From positions 16,996 through 80,995 of the forward strand of contig JBEKSG010000002.1 in assembly GCA_049997855.1 (NCBI GenBank): 64,000 nt of DNA, written 5' to 3'. This DNA is from Minisyncoccia bacterium (GTDB lineage Bacteria; Patescibacteriota; Minisyncoccia; Phycocordibacterales; SBAW01). Shown piece after piece: positions 19,258 through 28,633 of the stretch. A model generated the notes under the pieces. It saw nothing but the letters and a program-made list of their open reading frames with translations, was not told the origin of the DNA and ran no database searches. Both the position numbers and the translations under genes were made by a program. The first letter of the stretch is position 1. Each line of letters starts with the position of its first letter.

Positions 19258-19408
19258 CTTGCGTTTCAGGCCAATGTTCAATATAAAAAGAGGCTTGTTT
19301 GTTGGGTTTTTGGCTATCCCCACACCTGGCTCTAGGGCTCCCAATGCCTGCTACAATTAAGGGGTCGATTACTAAACATTATTAATTGTTCTTATTTAGC
19401 GTTTATAT

Positions 19409-20098
19409 ATGGTCATTCAGACATGGGTACAGGTGCTCCAGCAGTCGTTTTACAACCTGCTGTGGGGGGTGGTCAGTTTTATTCCAAACTTTGTGTTTGC
19501 GGTCGTCATCTTTCTTATCGGCTGGTTTGTCGGGGTACTCCTCGGCCGCGTAGTCGATGAGGCGATAAAAGCAATCCGCGTCGATCATGCCTTGCGCGCC
19601 GCAGGCGTAGAGGATGTGATGCACCGCGCGGGCTACAAGCTTAACTCCGGTGCGTTTTTAGGAGCATTGGTTAAGTGGTTTGTCATCATTGTCTTTTTGA
19701 TGGCGTCGCTCCAGCTCGTGGGCCTCGCTCAGGTAACCTTCTTCCTTCAGCAGATTGTGCTCTCCTTCCTTCCGCAGGTCATCGTCGCCGTGCTGATATT
19801 GCTCGTGGCGGCGGTGGTTGCCGAGGTAGCGCAAGGGGTGGTTGCGGGAGCGGCTCGCGCCGCAGGTATCCGCTCGGCGGGTTTTGCCGGCACCGTTGCC
19901 AAGTGGGCAATCTGGGGCTTTGCAATTATCGTGGCGCTCTCACAGATTGGTATTGCAACCGCCTACTTCCAAACACTCTTTACCGGTTTGGTGGTAGCGC
20001 TCTCCTTGGCGTTTGGGTTGGCGTTTGGCCTTGGCGGCCAAGAGGCAGCCGCGCGCTTCATCGAGAAGACCCGCGAAAGCATGGGCAATCGGATGTAA
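19409..20098 (+). CDS. TM-helix repeat membrane protein (MscS-associated type)
   Basis: FIPNFVFAVVIFLIGW and FLPQVIVAVLIL repeats; LAFGLAFGLGG. Confidence 0.85.
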   Translation: MVIQTWVQVLQQSFYNLLWGVVSFIPNFVFAVVIFLIGWFVGVLLGRVVDEAIKAIRVDHALRAAGVEDVMHRAGYKLNSGAFLGALVKWFVIIVFLMASLQLVGLAQVTFFLQQIVLSFLPQVIVAVLILLVAAVVAEVAQGVVAGAARAAGIRSAGFAGTVAKWAIWGFAIIVALSQIGIATAYFQTLFTGLVVALSLAFGLAFGLGGQEAAARFIEKTRESMGNRM

Positions 20099-20120
20099 TT
20101 AAATTTCAAAAGTTGTTTGT

Positions 20121-20152
20121 AAAAACCGCCCTTTCAAGAAGGGGCGGTTTTG
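20121..20152 (+). terminator. intrinsic terminator
   Basis: AAAACCGCCC...GGGCGGTTTT. Confidence 0.8.
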
Positions 20153-20189
20153 TGTTAGTCTCAAATCAGAATGTTTTTGGGAGGGGTTT

Positions 20190-20459
20190 ATGAACGGCGA
20201 AAAACAAACTTGGGACGGCTTCATCCTTTTGGGGACTTTCTCCAAAGGCTCTCAACTTCCTCGTGTGCCGGAAGGATTCATACGACTTGTTGCTCACGAA
20301 TACGAAGGTCCTGTCTACTTCAGAGACTTCAGCATGTACAATCTCGATGATGCTCTAGCAGTCGGCAACACGCTCCGCGATGAGACCTCCTTCTCTATCG
20401 TGGATGAAGATGGGAACTTTCTCTACCGAAAAATAAGTGCTCCGCGAAGACATTCCTGA
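20190..20459 (+). CDS. hypothetical protein
   Basis: 89-aa ORF followed by a CCGCCC-CCAA-GGGCGG hairpin and T-tract. Confidence 0.55.
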   Translation: MNGEKQTWDGFILLGTFSKGSQLPRVPEGFIRLVAHEYEGPVYFRDFSMYNLDDALAVGNTLRDETSFSIVDEDGNFLYRKISAPRRHS

Positions 20460-20520
20460 CCGCCCCCAAGGGCGGCCTTTTTTTGTGTTTTTTATTAGGA
20501 AGTTTTTATCTTTTTGGAAC

Positions 20521-20595
20521 AGAAAATGCCGCCCTTGCGAGCGGCACCTTCTTTTTCATCCTTTAGATTCGATACTACAGACCGAGACTCGTCGC
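20521..20595 (-). ncRNA. putative sRNA of about 75 nt complementary to the upstream tRNA-like RNA
   Basis: Minus-strand TTGACT-16-TATACT promoter (20628-20601); terminator GTGCCGCTC-GCAA-GGGCGGCAT-TTT. Confidence 0.6.
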
Positions 20596-20665
20596 TTGCT
20601 AGTATAGCAAATGACCCGACCTAGTCAATAGACGTCTGTGGGCGCCTAAAAACCCTTATATTTGA

Positions 20666-20733
20666 AGCCGATAGAGGGGATCGAACCCTCAGACCGAAAG
20701 TGACGAGTCTCGGTCCGTACCCAGACTATCGGC
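20666..20733 (-). ncRNA. D-armless tRNA-like RNA
   Basis: Acceptor GCCGATA/TATCGGC, T-arm GAGGG-TTCGATC-CCCTC, central stem GACCGAGA/TTTCGGTC; promoter TTGTGC-17-TATAGT. Confidence 0.75.
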
Positions 20734-20771
20734 TGCCCAGCACTATAGACGAGGGGTACATGGAGCACAAG

Positions 20772-20800
20772 TTGACATGATATATGCACTCCTATATACT
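20772..20800 (+). promoter_or_regulatory. 23S-5S promoter
   Basis: TTGACA-17-TATACT; boxA-like TGGTCTTTGACAAC at 20931. Confidence 0.85.
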
Positions 20801-21642
20801 CCCTTGTACAGATATGTTAATAACTAATCAGCTACACATGCGCGGATAGAGCGACTTTGATGTTGCCCTGTCCCGCCTTAAAGCGGGATTTTTTATTGCC
20901 AAATATCTGAGGAGTTCGCAAGAAAATATTTGGTCTTTGACAACTAAATCTCATCACACAACCGCTTTCCAAAGCGGGTCTTTTCGAGGATGTGGAGATG
21001 AACAAAAAATCAAAAAAACAACAAATTATTGCGGTTCTCAAGTTTCTTCTCTCTCAACACAAACCCGCCGTTATGGCGGGCAAAAGGGAGGAAACAAATA
21101 AGGGTGTATGGTGGATGCCTAGGATTTGAAAGGCGATGAAGGACGCGGTGTGGCGGCGATACGCTTCGGGGAGGTGCCAAGCAACCTTTGATCCGGAGAT
21201 TTCCGAATGAGGAAACTCGTTAGATAGAAATATCTATCATTCCCGCTTTGCGGGAGAGCATACCCAGGGAAGTGAAACATCTCAGTACCTGGAGGAAAAG
21301 AGACTAATAAGTATTTCGTTAGTAGCGGCGAGCGAACGCGAAAAAGCCCAAACTCGAGAATAGTATCCGGTCTTTAAGGTTAAACCTTAAGGAGCGATTC
21401 CCAAGGTTTAACCTTGGCCTGGATATTATTCTAGGGGGTTGTAAGGCAGTTATGTCCACTTCGAGTGGAAAGAAGTTACAAATTGCGCGGTTAGCCGAAT
21501 CTGCTGGAAAGCAGAGTCCCAGACGGTGAAAGCCCGGTAGGCGAAAACTTCGCAACTTCTTAATTGTCCTTGAGTAACTCAAGACACGTATGGCTTGAGC
21601 GAATGTGCCGGAACTAACCGGTAAGGCTACATACTTTCAAAT

Positions 21643-21687
<45 letters not shown>

Positions 21688-23145
21688 GGCGAGGGGAGTG
21701 AAATAGATCTGAAACCATATATCTACAAAGAGTTGAAGAGGTTGCAATACCTCGACAGCGTGCCTATTGAAGAATGAGCCTGCGAGTTTATGTATGCTGC
21801 GCATGACTAAGGAGGATAACTCTGGAGTCGAAGGGAAACCGAGTGTGAACAGCGCGTTTGTAGCATGCATAAGACCCGAAGCAAGGTGAGCTTGCCATGA
21901 GCAGGGTGAAGGTGTGAGAAATCACACTGGAGGCCCGAACCCTTTTGCCGTTCAAAACATTGGGATGACTTGTGGTAAGGAGTGAAAAGCTAATCGAACC
22001 TTGTAATAGCTGGTTCTCTCTGAAACAGCTTTTGGGCTGGCGTCGTATCGATTGGCAGACGGGGGTAGAGCACTGGAAGGATTGGACAGGGAGCAATCTC
22101 GCTAATCCTATCAAACTCCGAATACCGTTTGCGTTATACGGCAGTTAGTACGTGGGGGCTAAGCTCCACCGTACAAAAGGAGAAGAGTCCTTGATCTCCA
22201 GTTAAGGTCCCAAAATCTACGTTAAGTGCATCACAAGGAGGTGGAGTTTCATAGACAATGAGGATGTTGGCTTAGAAGCAGCCATCATTGAAAGAAAGCG
22301 TAACAGCTCACTCATCGAGAGATTCTGCGCCGAAGATAATCGGGGCTAAACGTAGTACCGAAACTGAGGGCTTGTGTCCCGTTCGCGGGATGTAAGCGGT
22401 AAGAGAGTATTCCACTCTGCAATGAAGCTAAAGGGGTGACCCATAGTGGAGCGTGTGGAAGTAAGAATGCAGGCACAAGTAACCGCAATGCGGGTGAGAT
22501 CCCCGCACGTCGAAAGCACAAGGTTTCCTTGGCGATGGTGATCAGCCAAGGGTTAGTCGGGCCTAAACGTATGGAGAAATCCGGACGCGATGGACATAGG
22601 GTTAATATTCCCTAACCGGCCTATAGGTGATGGAGTAACGGAGGAAATAAATTGGCGGGTCTTATTGGATTGACCTCTGCTTTTTAAGATGTGTGTTCCA
22701 GGAAAATCCGGAGCACTGCTTTACATAGCAGCATCGCGAAAGTGGAGCATCCCGAGGTTTCGACTTCGGGAGATGCCAGTGAAGAGCCTTCCGAGAAAAA
22801 CTTCTAAACATAACTATAGGTACGACCGTACCGCAAACCGACACAGGTGTGCAGCTCGAGTAGAGCAAGACGAACGAGTGAGTGTGCTCCAAGGAACTCG
22901 GCAAATAAGCGGCCGTACCTTCGGAATAAGGCCTGCCTCTATTTATTTAGAGGCCGCAGCGAAAGTTTCCCTGGCGACTGTTTACCAAAAACACAGCTCC
23001 CTGCGAACTCGTAAGAGGATGTATAGGGGGTGACACTTGACCAATGCCAGAAGGTCAAATGCGGTCGGTGTGCTATAGCAATATAGTATGCTGGCACTGC
23101 ATAAGCCCTGGTGAATGTCGGCGATAACTATAATCGTCCTAAGGT

Positions 23146-23352
23146 TCGCAACATTTTTCATAATATGTCAAGCGTTGCGAAGGACTGGGACGATTACAGA
23201 ATCGGGTAAATAGCGAAAATTACACAAAAGCTACTTCTCTGTGCAGGAATGCGCAGGATGGTCCTATAAAAAATTACGCGGCTCATATGAGAGGCCATAC
23301 GCCGCGATTCCAGAACGGAATAAGATATGGTCCAGGTTTCAAGGAATGCCCG
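23146..23352 (+). mobile_element. group I intron L1931, no ORF (207 nt)
   Basis: Splits CCTAAGGT|AGCGAAATTCC; exon ends in U, intron ends in G. Confidence 0.85.
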
Positions 23353-23372
23353 AGCGAAATTCCTTGTCTGGT

Positions 23373-24116
23373 AATTGAATTGCCAGCTTCGGGGGCGACC
23401 CCGATGACAAATCCGGCTTATAACGGTGAAGCCCAACTCAAAAGGAGGGGTAATACCGTGGGAAGTCGTGCTGAGAGAAATCAAAGCATTGACCCCGTAA
23501 CGACTTGTGCGCTGCTAGCCAGTGGCGCACAGATAACCTAGGTAGTACAATTATTGTATGAACGGTTATAACACGCCGGCTCTCAAAAGAGATCTAGCAA
23601 ATTATTTTTCAGGTTATGTTGATGGCGAAGGATGTTTTTCGGTCTCGTTTTCTAAACGGCCGAAGCTCCTCGTCGGGTGGGAAGTAAAACCAAGCTTTTG
23701 TGTCGGTCAAAATTATGACCGGCGCGAGGTCTTGGACTTAATGCATCAATACTTCGGTTGCGGGCACATACGCCGCGACTGGGGCGACAGAACGCTCAAG
23801 TATGAGGTTCGAAAACTGGATGACCTTCTAAACAAAGTGATTCCGCATTTTGAAAAATTCCCAATAAAATCAGCAAAGCAAAAAGATTTTCTACGTTTTG
23901 CGGAAATCTGTGTAAAAATAAAAAAGTTAGAGCATCGTAAAGTTGCGACATTGCGCAAAATCATGCGCGGTGCGTATACGATGAATGGATCAGGTAAGCG
24001 GAAACGCCCGCTTGAAACATTACTCAAATCTCTTGAGAAGAAGATATAGTCTAATGCCCGCAGTAATGCGGGGAAGGAGATTCTACACGCGCAAGTAGGA
24101 CAATCAAACTCAAATG
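23373..24116 (+). mobile_element. group I intron L1951
   Basis: Splits GTCTGGT|AAGTTCAGAC; P1 guide TTGCCAG; core CCCGTAACGACT / GAAGATATAGTC; terminal G. Confidence 0.9.
23558..24049 (+). CDS. LAGLIDADG homing endonuclease (single motif)
   Basis: YFSGYVDGEGCF; VIPHFEKFP..SAKQKDF. Confidence 0.95.
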   Translation: MNGYNTPALKRDLANYFSGYVDGEGCFSVSFSKRPKLLVGWEVKPSFCVGQNYDRREVLDLMHQYFGCGHIRRDWGDRTLKYEVRKLDDLLNKVIPHFEKFPIKSAKQKDFLRFAEICVKIKKLEHRKVATLRKIMRGAYTMNGSGKRKRPLETLLKSLEKKI

Positions 24117-24704
24117 AAGTTCAGACGCGCACGAATAGTGTAACGACTGGGGAACTGTCTCGGAGCACAGCTCGGTGAAAATACAGTACCGGTGAAGATG
24201 CCGGTTACCTGCAGATAGACGAAAAGACCCCAGAAGCTTTACTGCAGCTTGATATTGCGTATACGATTGTGTTGCGTAGCATAGGTGGGAGAGGTTTGAT
24301 GGTTACGGTTTTGGCTGTGATCTACTCAACAGTGAAATACCACTCTACATTGTTGTATGCGCTAACCTCTCGGGCAAAACCCGGGAGAGACAGTATCTGG
24401 TGGGCAGTTTTAGTGGGGCGCTATCCTCCTAAAAAGTAACGGAGGAGTGTATTAAGGTCCTCTAGGCGCGAATGGAAACCGTGCCGATAGCGCAATGGCA
24501 AAAGAGGGCTTGACTGCAAGGCGTGAGTGCCGAGCAGGTGCGAAAGCAGACCATAGTGAACCGACCATCCGTGTTAGAAGCGGTGGAAGATTATCTGATA
24601 AAAGCTACTCTGGGGATAACAGGCTAGTTCCGCCTAAGCGTCCATAGCGACGGCGGAGTTCGGCACCTCGATGTCGGCTCATCACATCCCGGGGGTGAAG
24701 AAGC

Positions 24705-24735
<31 letters not shown>

Positions 24736-24761
24736 TGATACGCGAGCTGGGTTCAGACCGT

Positions 24762-25327
24762 TCAGCATCTCAAATCAAGGCCGGGCCTTGATGCTTGGGG
24801 AGTTGGACCGTCTGAACCGTCAAGAGAAAAGAAAACTGTTTAAAATGTTTCGTTTAATCTGAATATATAAAGAGAAAGAGAAGTAGAACTAACCAATCAC
24901 GGCGGTCGTACTTCTGCGCATTACGCATCAGTACGAAGAAGCTGACTGATATCGGAAAAATCCCAACCGGGACAATTCCGAGGGAAACATAGTGAATTTC
25001 AGAGAGAGTCGACACTCTCTGTTCTTTCCGGTCAATTCCAAGGCGGAGTTATGCTCCACAAGGTGGAATTGAGGGAACCTTCATTTGCTGAAGCGGCGTT
25101 GCTGTTTCAGTATCTAGAACCCCTGGGTAGTCACCAAGAAAGACTACCCCCGACCCTTCATTGGCTGGAATTTTTTCCAAATTCCAGCTCTCTCTGAAAT
25201 TCATTATGTACCCGTAGAGACTAATTGTTAGCCTTCCAAAATTTTTGGAAGAAGTTATAGTCCGTTCCCGCGAGTAATTGCGGTGTTGCTAGTGGCTAAA
25301 CCCTAATCACTAGTGGCTACAAAAAAG
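24762..25327 (+). mobile_element. group I intron L2593, no ORF
   Basis: Splits CAGACCGT|CGTGAGAC; core CCCGTAGAGACTA / GTTATAGTCC; terminal G. Confidence 0.88.
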
Positions 25328-25390
25328 CGTGAGACAGGTTGGTCTCCTATCTACTGCAGGCGTCGATTATTGAGAAGATTTGCTCCTAGT

Positions 25391-26170
25391 AAGAAATTGC
25401 TACTTCAGAAAGAAATTTCTGATGACAACGCAGCTTATAACGGTGGAGTCGTCTATCGCGTTCTAGTTTGAGAGTTAGTATCTGCTCTAGTCCAGTGAAT
25501 ATATAACTTGCTTGAGGACCAGAAAATCGATACGATAATACCGTGGGAAGTCGATCAAATACAGACTTAGCGTACATTGCAGGGTTTCTTGACGGCGATG
25601 GTAGCTTAATGCTTCAGATAAAGAAGCGTAAAGATGGAAAGATAAAATTCCGTTTTATGGCGACCATTTGTTTTTATCAAGACACTCGGCACGAAAAAAC
25701 ATTGTACTGGATTAAAGAAGTTTTAGGCATTGGGTATATCTCGCGCAGATCAGACGGCATGTCCGAGTTGCGAATAAATGGATATATGCAAGTCAAAGGC
25801 ATTCTCAAAAAACTCTTACCCTATATTAAATTTAAAGCTATACAAGCTAGGAGTTTGATACAGGCAACAGAAGTGTTATCCAGTATAAAGTTTAGTATGT
25901 TAGAAAAGAAACAACTGCTTTTGTTGGTGAAACTCACGCTCATTATGCAGCAAGAGAATTACGTCACAAAAAAGAAAAAGACAAAAGAGGAATTGTTTTC
26001 TGTGCTTGGTTTGACCCCGTAACGACTTGAGTTGAAAGACACTCGGACTTATATGACGGCGAATCGCTCCTTTGAGAGCGACGGCTCATATAGGTAACAT
26101 GCTGCCGTCCTCCTTCGATTTGAAGAGGATGAAGATATAGTCTGCACTCCTGGAAACAGGGGGCATCGCG
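25391..26170 (+). mobile_element. group I intron L2656 in the sarcin-ricin loop
   Basis: Splits CTCCTAGT|ACGAGAGGACC; core motifs match the L1951 intron; terminal G. Confidence 0.9.
25543..26022 (+). CDS. LAGLIDADG homing endonuclease (single motif)
   Basis: YIAGFLDGDGSL; LLPYIKFK. Confidence 0.93.
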   Translation: MGSRSNTDLAYIAGFLDGDGSLMLQIKKRKDGKIKFRFMATICFYQDTRHEKTLYWIKEVLGIGYISRRSDGMSELRINGYMQVKGILKKLLPYIKFKAIQARSLIQATEVLSSIKFSMLEKKQLLLLVKLTLIMQQENYVTKKKKTKEELFSVLGLTP

Positions 26171-26249
26171 ACGAGAGGACCGGAGTGAACGAACCACTGG
26201 TCTATGAGCTGTCCTGCCAAGGGCATTGCTCAGTAGCTATGTTCGGATT

Positions 26250-26282
<33 letters not shown>

Positions 26283-26547
26283 GACTTCAAGATGAGTAAT
26301 CATTAAGATCCGTGAGAGATGATCACGTTGATAGGCTTTAGATGTAAGCGCAGTAACGCGTTGAGTCGAGAAGTACTAATTGATCAAGTTTTTCCTTCGC
26401 TTGTAGCGAGGGAGAGGGACTTGAGAGTCGCAATAATTTGTTGTCGTAACTTTCGGTTTTTAACCGATTGCGAAGATACCGAGGCCAACAGGCCGAGGTA
26501 TATATGTTTTTAATTTTATTTCTCTGAAAGATTTTTTTAGACGTTCT

Positions 26548-26665
26548 ACTCTGGTGGTTCAACGGCGGGGCCACACCCGTTCTCATTCCGAACACGGAAG
26601 TTAAGTCCGCTAGTGGCGATGGTAGTCTCCTTAATCGGGAGGCAAGAGTAGCTAACCGCCAGAGT
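26548..26665 (+). rRNA. rrf: 5S rRNA
   Basis: CACCCGTTCTCATTCCGAACACGGAAGTTAAG; terminal helix ACTCTGG/CCAGAGT. Confidence 0.95.
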
Positions 26666-26676
26666 AAAGCGCCTAA

Positions 26677-26712
26677 AAAGAAAAACCCCGCCTAATGCGG
26701 GTTTTTTCTTTT
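26677..26712 (+). terminator. rRNA unit terminator
   Basis: AAGAAAAACCCCGC-CTAAT-GCGGGTTTTTTCTT. Confidence 0.85.
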
Positions 26713-26729
26713 GCGTTACAATAAGTATC

Positions 26730-27491
26730 ATGGCGCTAACGTGGAGCGGGCGGAGGCAGTTACTGTATTACGGCGTCGGGATTATCGTCCTTGCCGCCTT
26801 GGGTGCGCTACTGTGGGTTATATTTTTTAACGTGCAGCCCACGTGTTTTGACGGCAAGCAAGACGGCGGCGAGCTTGGGGTCGACTGCGGCGGCCCATGC
26901 GCACTGTTGTGCGCCGACACCGCGCATGCTCCCGTTTTGCTTTGGGCGCGCGCATTTCAAACCGGCCCGGCCTCATACACCGCTGCGGCGTATATCCAAA
27001 ACAACAACATAGGCGCAGGTGCAAAGAATGTGGCATACTCCTTCCAGCTTTTTGACGCTAACAATAATCTTGTCGTTGAGCGCGACGGGATAATCGACTT
27101 GCCGCCGATCACCACTATCCCGATTATCGAGCCCAACATCATGGTCGGTAATCGTACGGTTGCGCACGTACAATTTGCTTTTAGCAATACACCTCCCGCT
27201 GTCTGGAGCAAGGTGCCGGCAAGCAGCATCCCAACTTTGAGCATCGCCGAGCAAAACCTCAATACTGATGCCTCGCAGCTCGGTGCCACAGTGGTAAATG
27301 ACACGCTGAGTGACGCACAAAACATCACCGTGGCAGCAGTGTTGTTTGATAATCAGGGAGTGGCGCGCGCCGCGAGCAGAAGTCTCATTGTCGATATCCC
27401 CGCCAAATCATCGGTGCCTGTCGTATTTACCTGGCAGGGCGGCGTGCCCAACATTGTCCGTGCCGAGATAACCATACTCCCATCTTTCTGA
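26730..27491 (+). CDS. membrane-anchored protein with Cys motif
   Basis: TM followed by TCFDGKQD..ELGVDCGGPC..LC; adjoins rodA. Confidence 0.8.
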   Translation: MALTWSGRRQLLYYGVGIIVLAALGALLWVIFFNVQPTCFDGKQDGGELGVDCGGPCALLCADTAHAPVLLWARAFQTGPASYTAAAYIQNNNIGAGAKNVAYSFQLFDANNNLVVERDGIIDLPPITTIPIIEPNIMVGNRTVAHVQFAFSNTPPAVWSKVPASSIPTLSIAEQNLNTDASQLGATVVNDTLSDAQNITVAAVLFDNQGVARAASRSLIVDIPAKSSVPVVFTWQGGVPNIVRAEITILPSF

Positions 27492-28633
27492 TGTCTCCTC
27501 TGCCGCTACATACCAAAACAAGCCACATCGATTGGATAACGCTCGGCGCCGCGCTGACACTTTCGTTGCTCGGGCTTCTTACTATGGACTCGTTTGCGAG
27601 CCCCAATCCTTTTTTTGGAAAGCAATTGGTGTGGATAGGCATCTCGGTGCTTGTTTTTTTTGGCGCAAGCGCGGTCGACTGGCGCTTTTTGCGCCGCCCG
27701 GCCGTTGCCGCAAGTATATTTGGCGTGCTCATCGTGCCGCTGCTCGGGCTTATTGTGCTCGGACATGCGGTAAAAGGGGCCAAAAGCTGGTTTACGTTCG
27801 GGAGCCTCGGCTTTGAGCCGGTAGAGTTTGTAAAACTCGCGCTCATCATTGCACTTGCAAAATATTTTTCGAGACGGCACACCGAAATACGCAACATACG
27901 TCACATCTTCGTGTCTGGAGTCTATGCAGCTATCGTATTTATATTGGTAGCGCTCCAGCCTGACTTTGGCGGCGCAATCATCATTTTTTTTATCTGGCTC
28001 GGCATGGTGCTGGTCTCCGGTATTTCATATAAGCATTTAGGTGCCGTACTTGGCATCGGTCTCGTAGTGTTTTGTGGGTTGTGGTTTTTTGGCTTCCACG
28101 ATTATCAAAAACAGCGCATCATTACCTTTCTCAACCCCACTGCTAATATCCAGGGCGCCGGTTACAACGCCTATCAATCAACCATTGCCGTGGGCTCCGG
28201 AGAGCTGTTGGGCAAGGGCATTGGCTACGGCACGCAAAGCAAGTTGCGCTTTTTGCCCGAGTATCAGACCGATTTTATTTTTGCGGCGTTTGCCGAAGAG
28301 TGGGGATTTGTTGGCGTCCTGTTTGTGTTTGCGCTTTTTGGAGTTATTTTTTGGCGTATTGCGCAAGCGGCAGAGCGTGGCGCGACCAATTTTGAGATGC
28401 TCTTTGCGCTCGGCGTGCTGTTTTATTTCTTTGCGCACTTTTTACTCCACGTGGGCATCAACCTCGGCGTCTTGCCGGTTACCGGCACTACCATACCGTT
28501 TATGAGCTACGGCGGCTCGCACCTCTTGGCGGAGTATCTGGCACTTGGTGTGCTTAGCGGCATGAACGCCTACTCGCGCGCGACGCATCCCGATTTGCTC
28601 AAGCGCGAGTTTGAAGGCGGTTACGATATGTAG
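27491..28633 (+). CDS. rodA: SEDS peptidoglycan glycosyltransferase RodA
   Basis: EPVEFVK, QPDFG, GYN..QS.IAVGSG, FLPEYQTDFIF, PVTG..IPFMSYGGS. Confidence 0.92.
   Translation: MSPLPLHTKTSHIDWITLGAALTLSLLGLLTMDSFASPNPFFGKQLVWIGISVLVFFGASAVDWRFLRRPAVAASIFGVLIVPLLGLIVLGHAVKGAKSWFTFGSLGFEPVEFVKLALIIALAKYFSRRHTEIRNIRHIFVSGVYAAIVFILVALQPDFGGAIIIFFIWLGMVLVSGISYKHLGAVLGIGLVVFCGLWFFGFHDYQKQRIITFLNPTANIQGAGYNAYQSTIAVGSGELLGKGIGYGTQSKLRFLPEYQTDFIFAAFAEEWGFVGVLFVFALFGVIFWRIAQAAERGATNFEMLFALGVLFYFFAHFLLHVGINLGVLPVTGTTIPFMSYGGSHLLAEYLALGVLSGMNAYSRATHPDLLKREFEGGYDM

Noticed and set aside
20666-20733. Canonical tRNA or canonical tmRNA
   Set aside because: No D-stem, an 8-nt central loop, no G3-U70 and no contiguous tag ORF. 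Kept only as a tRNA-like RNA.
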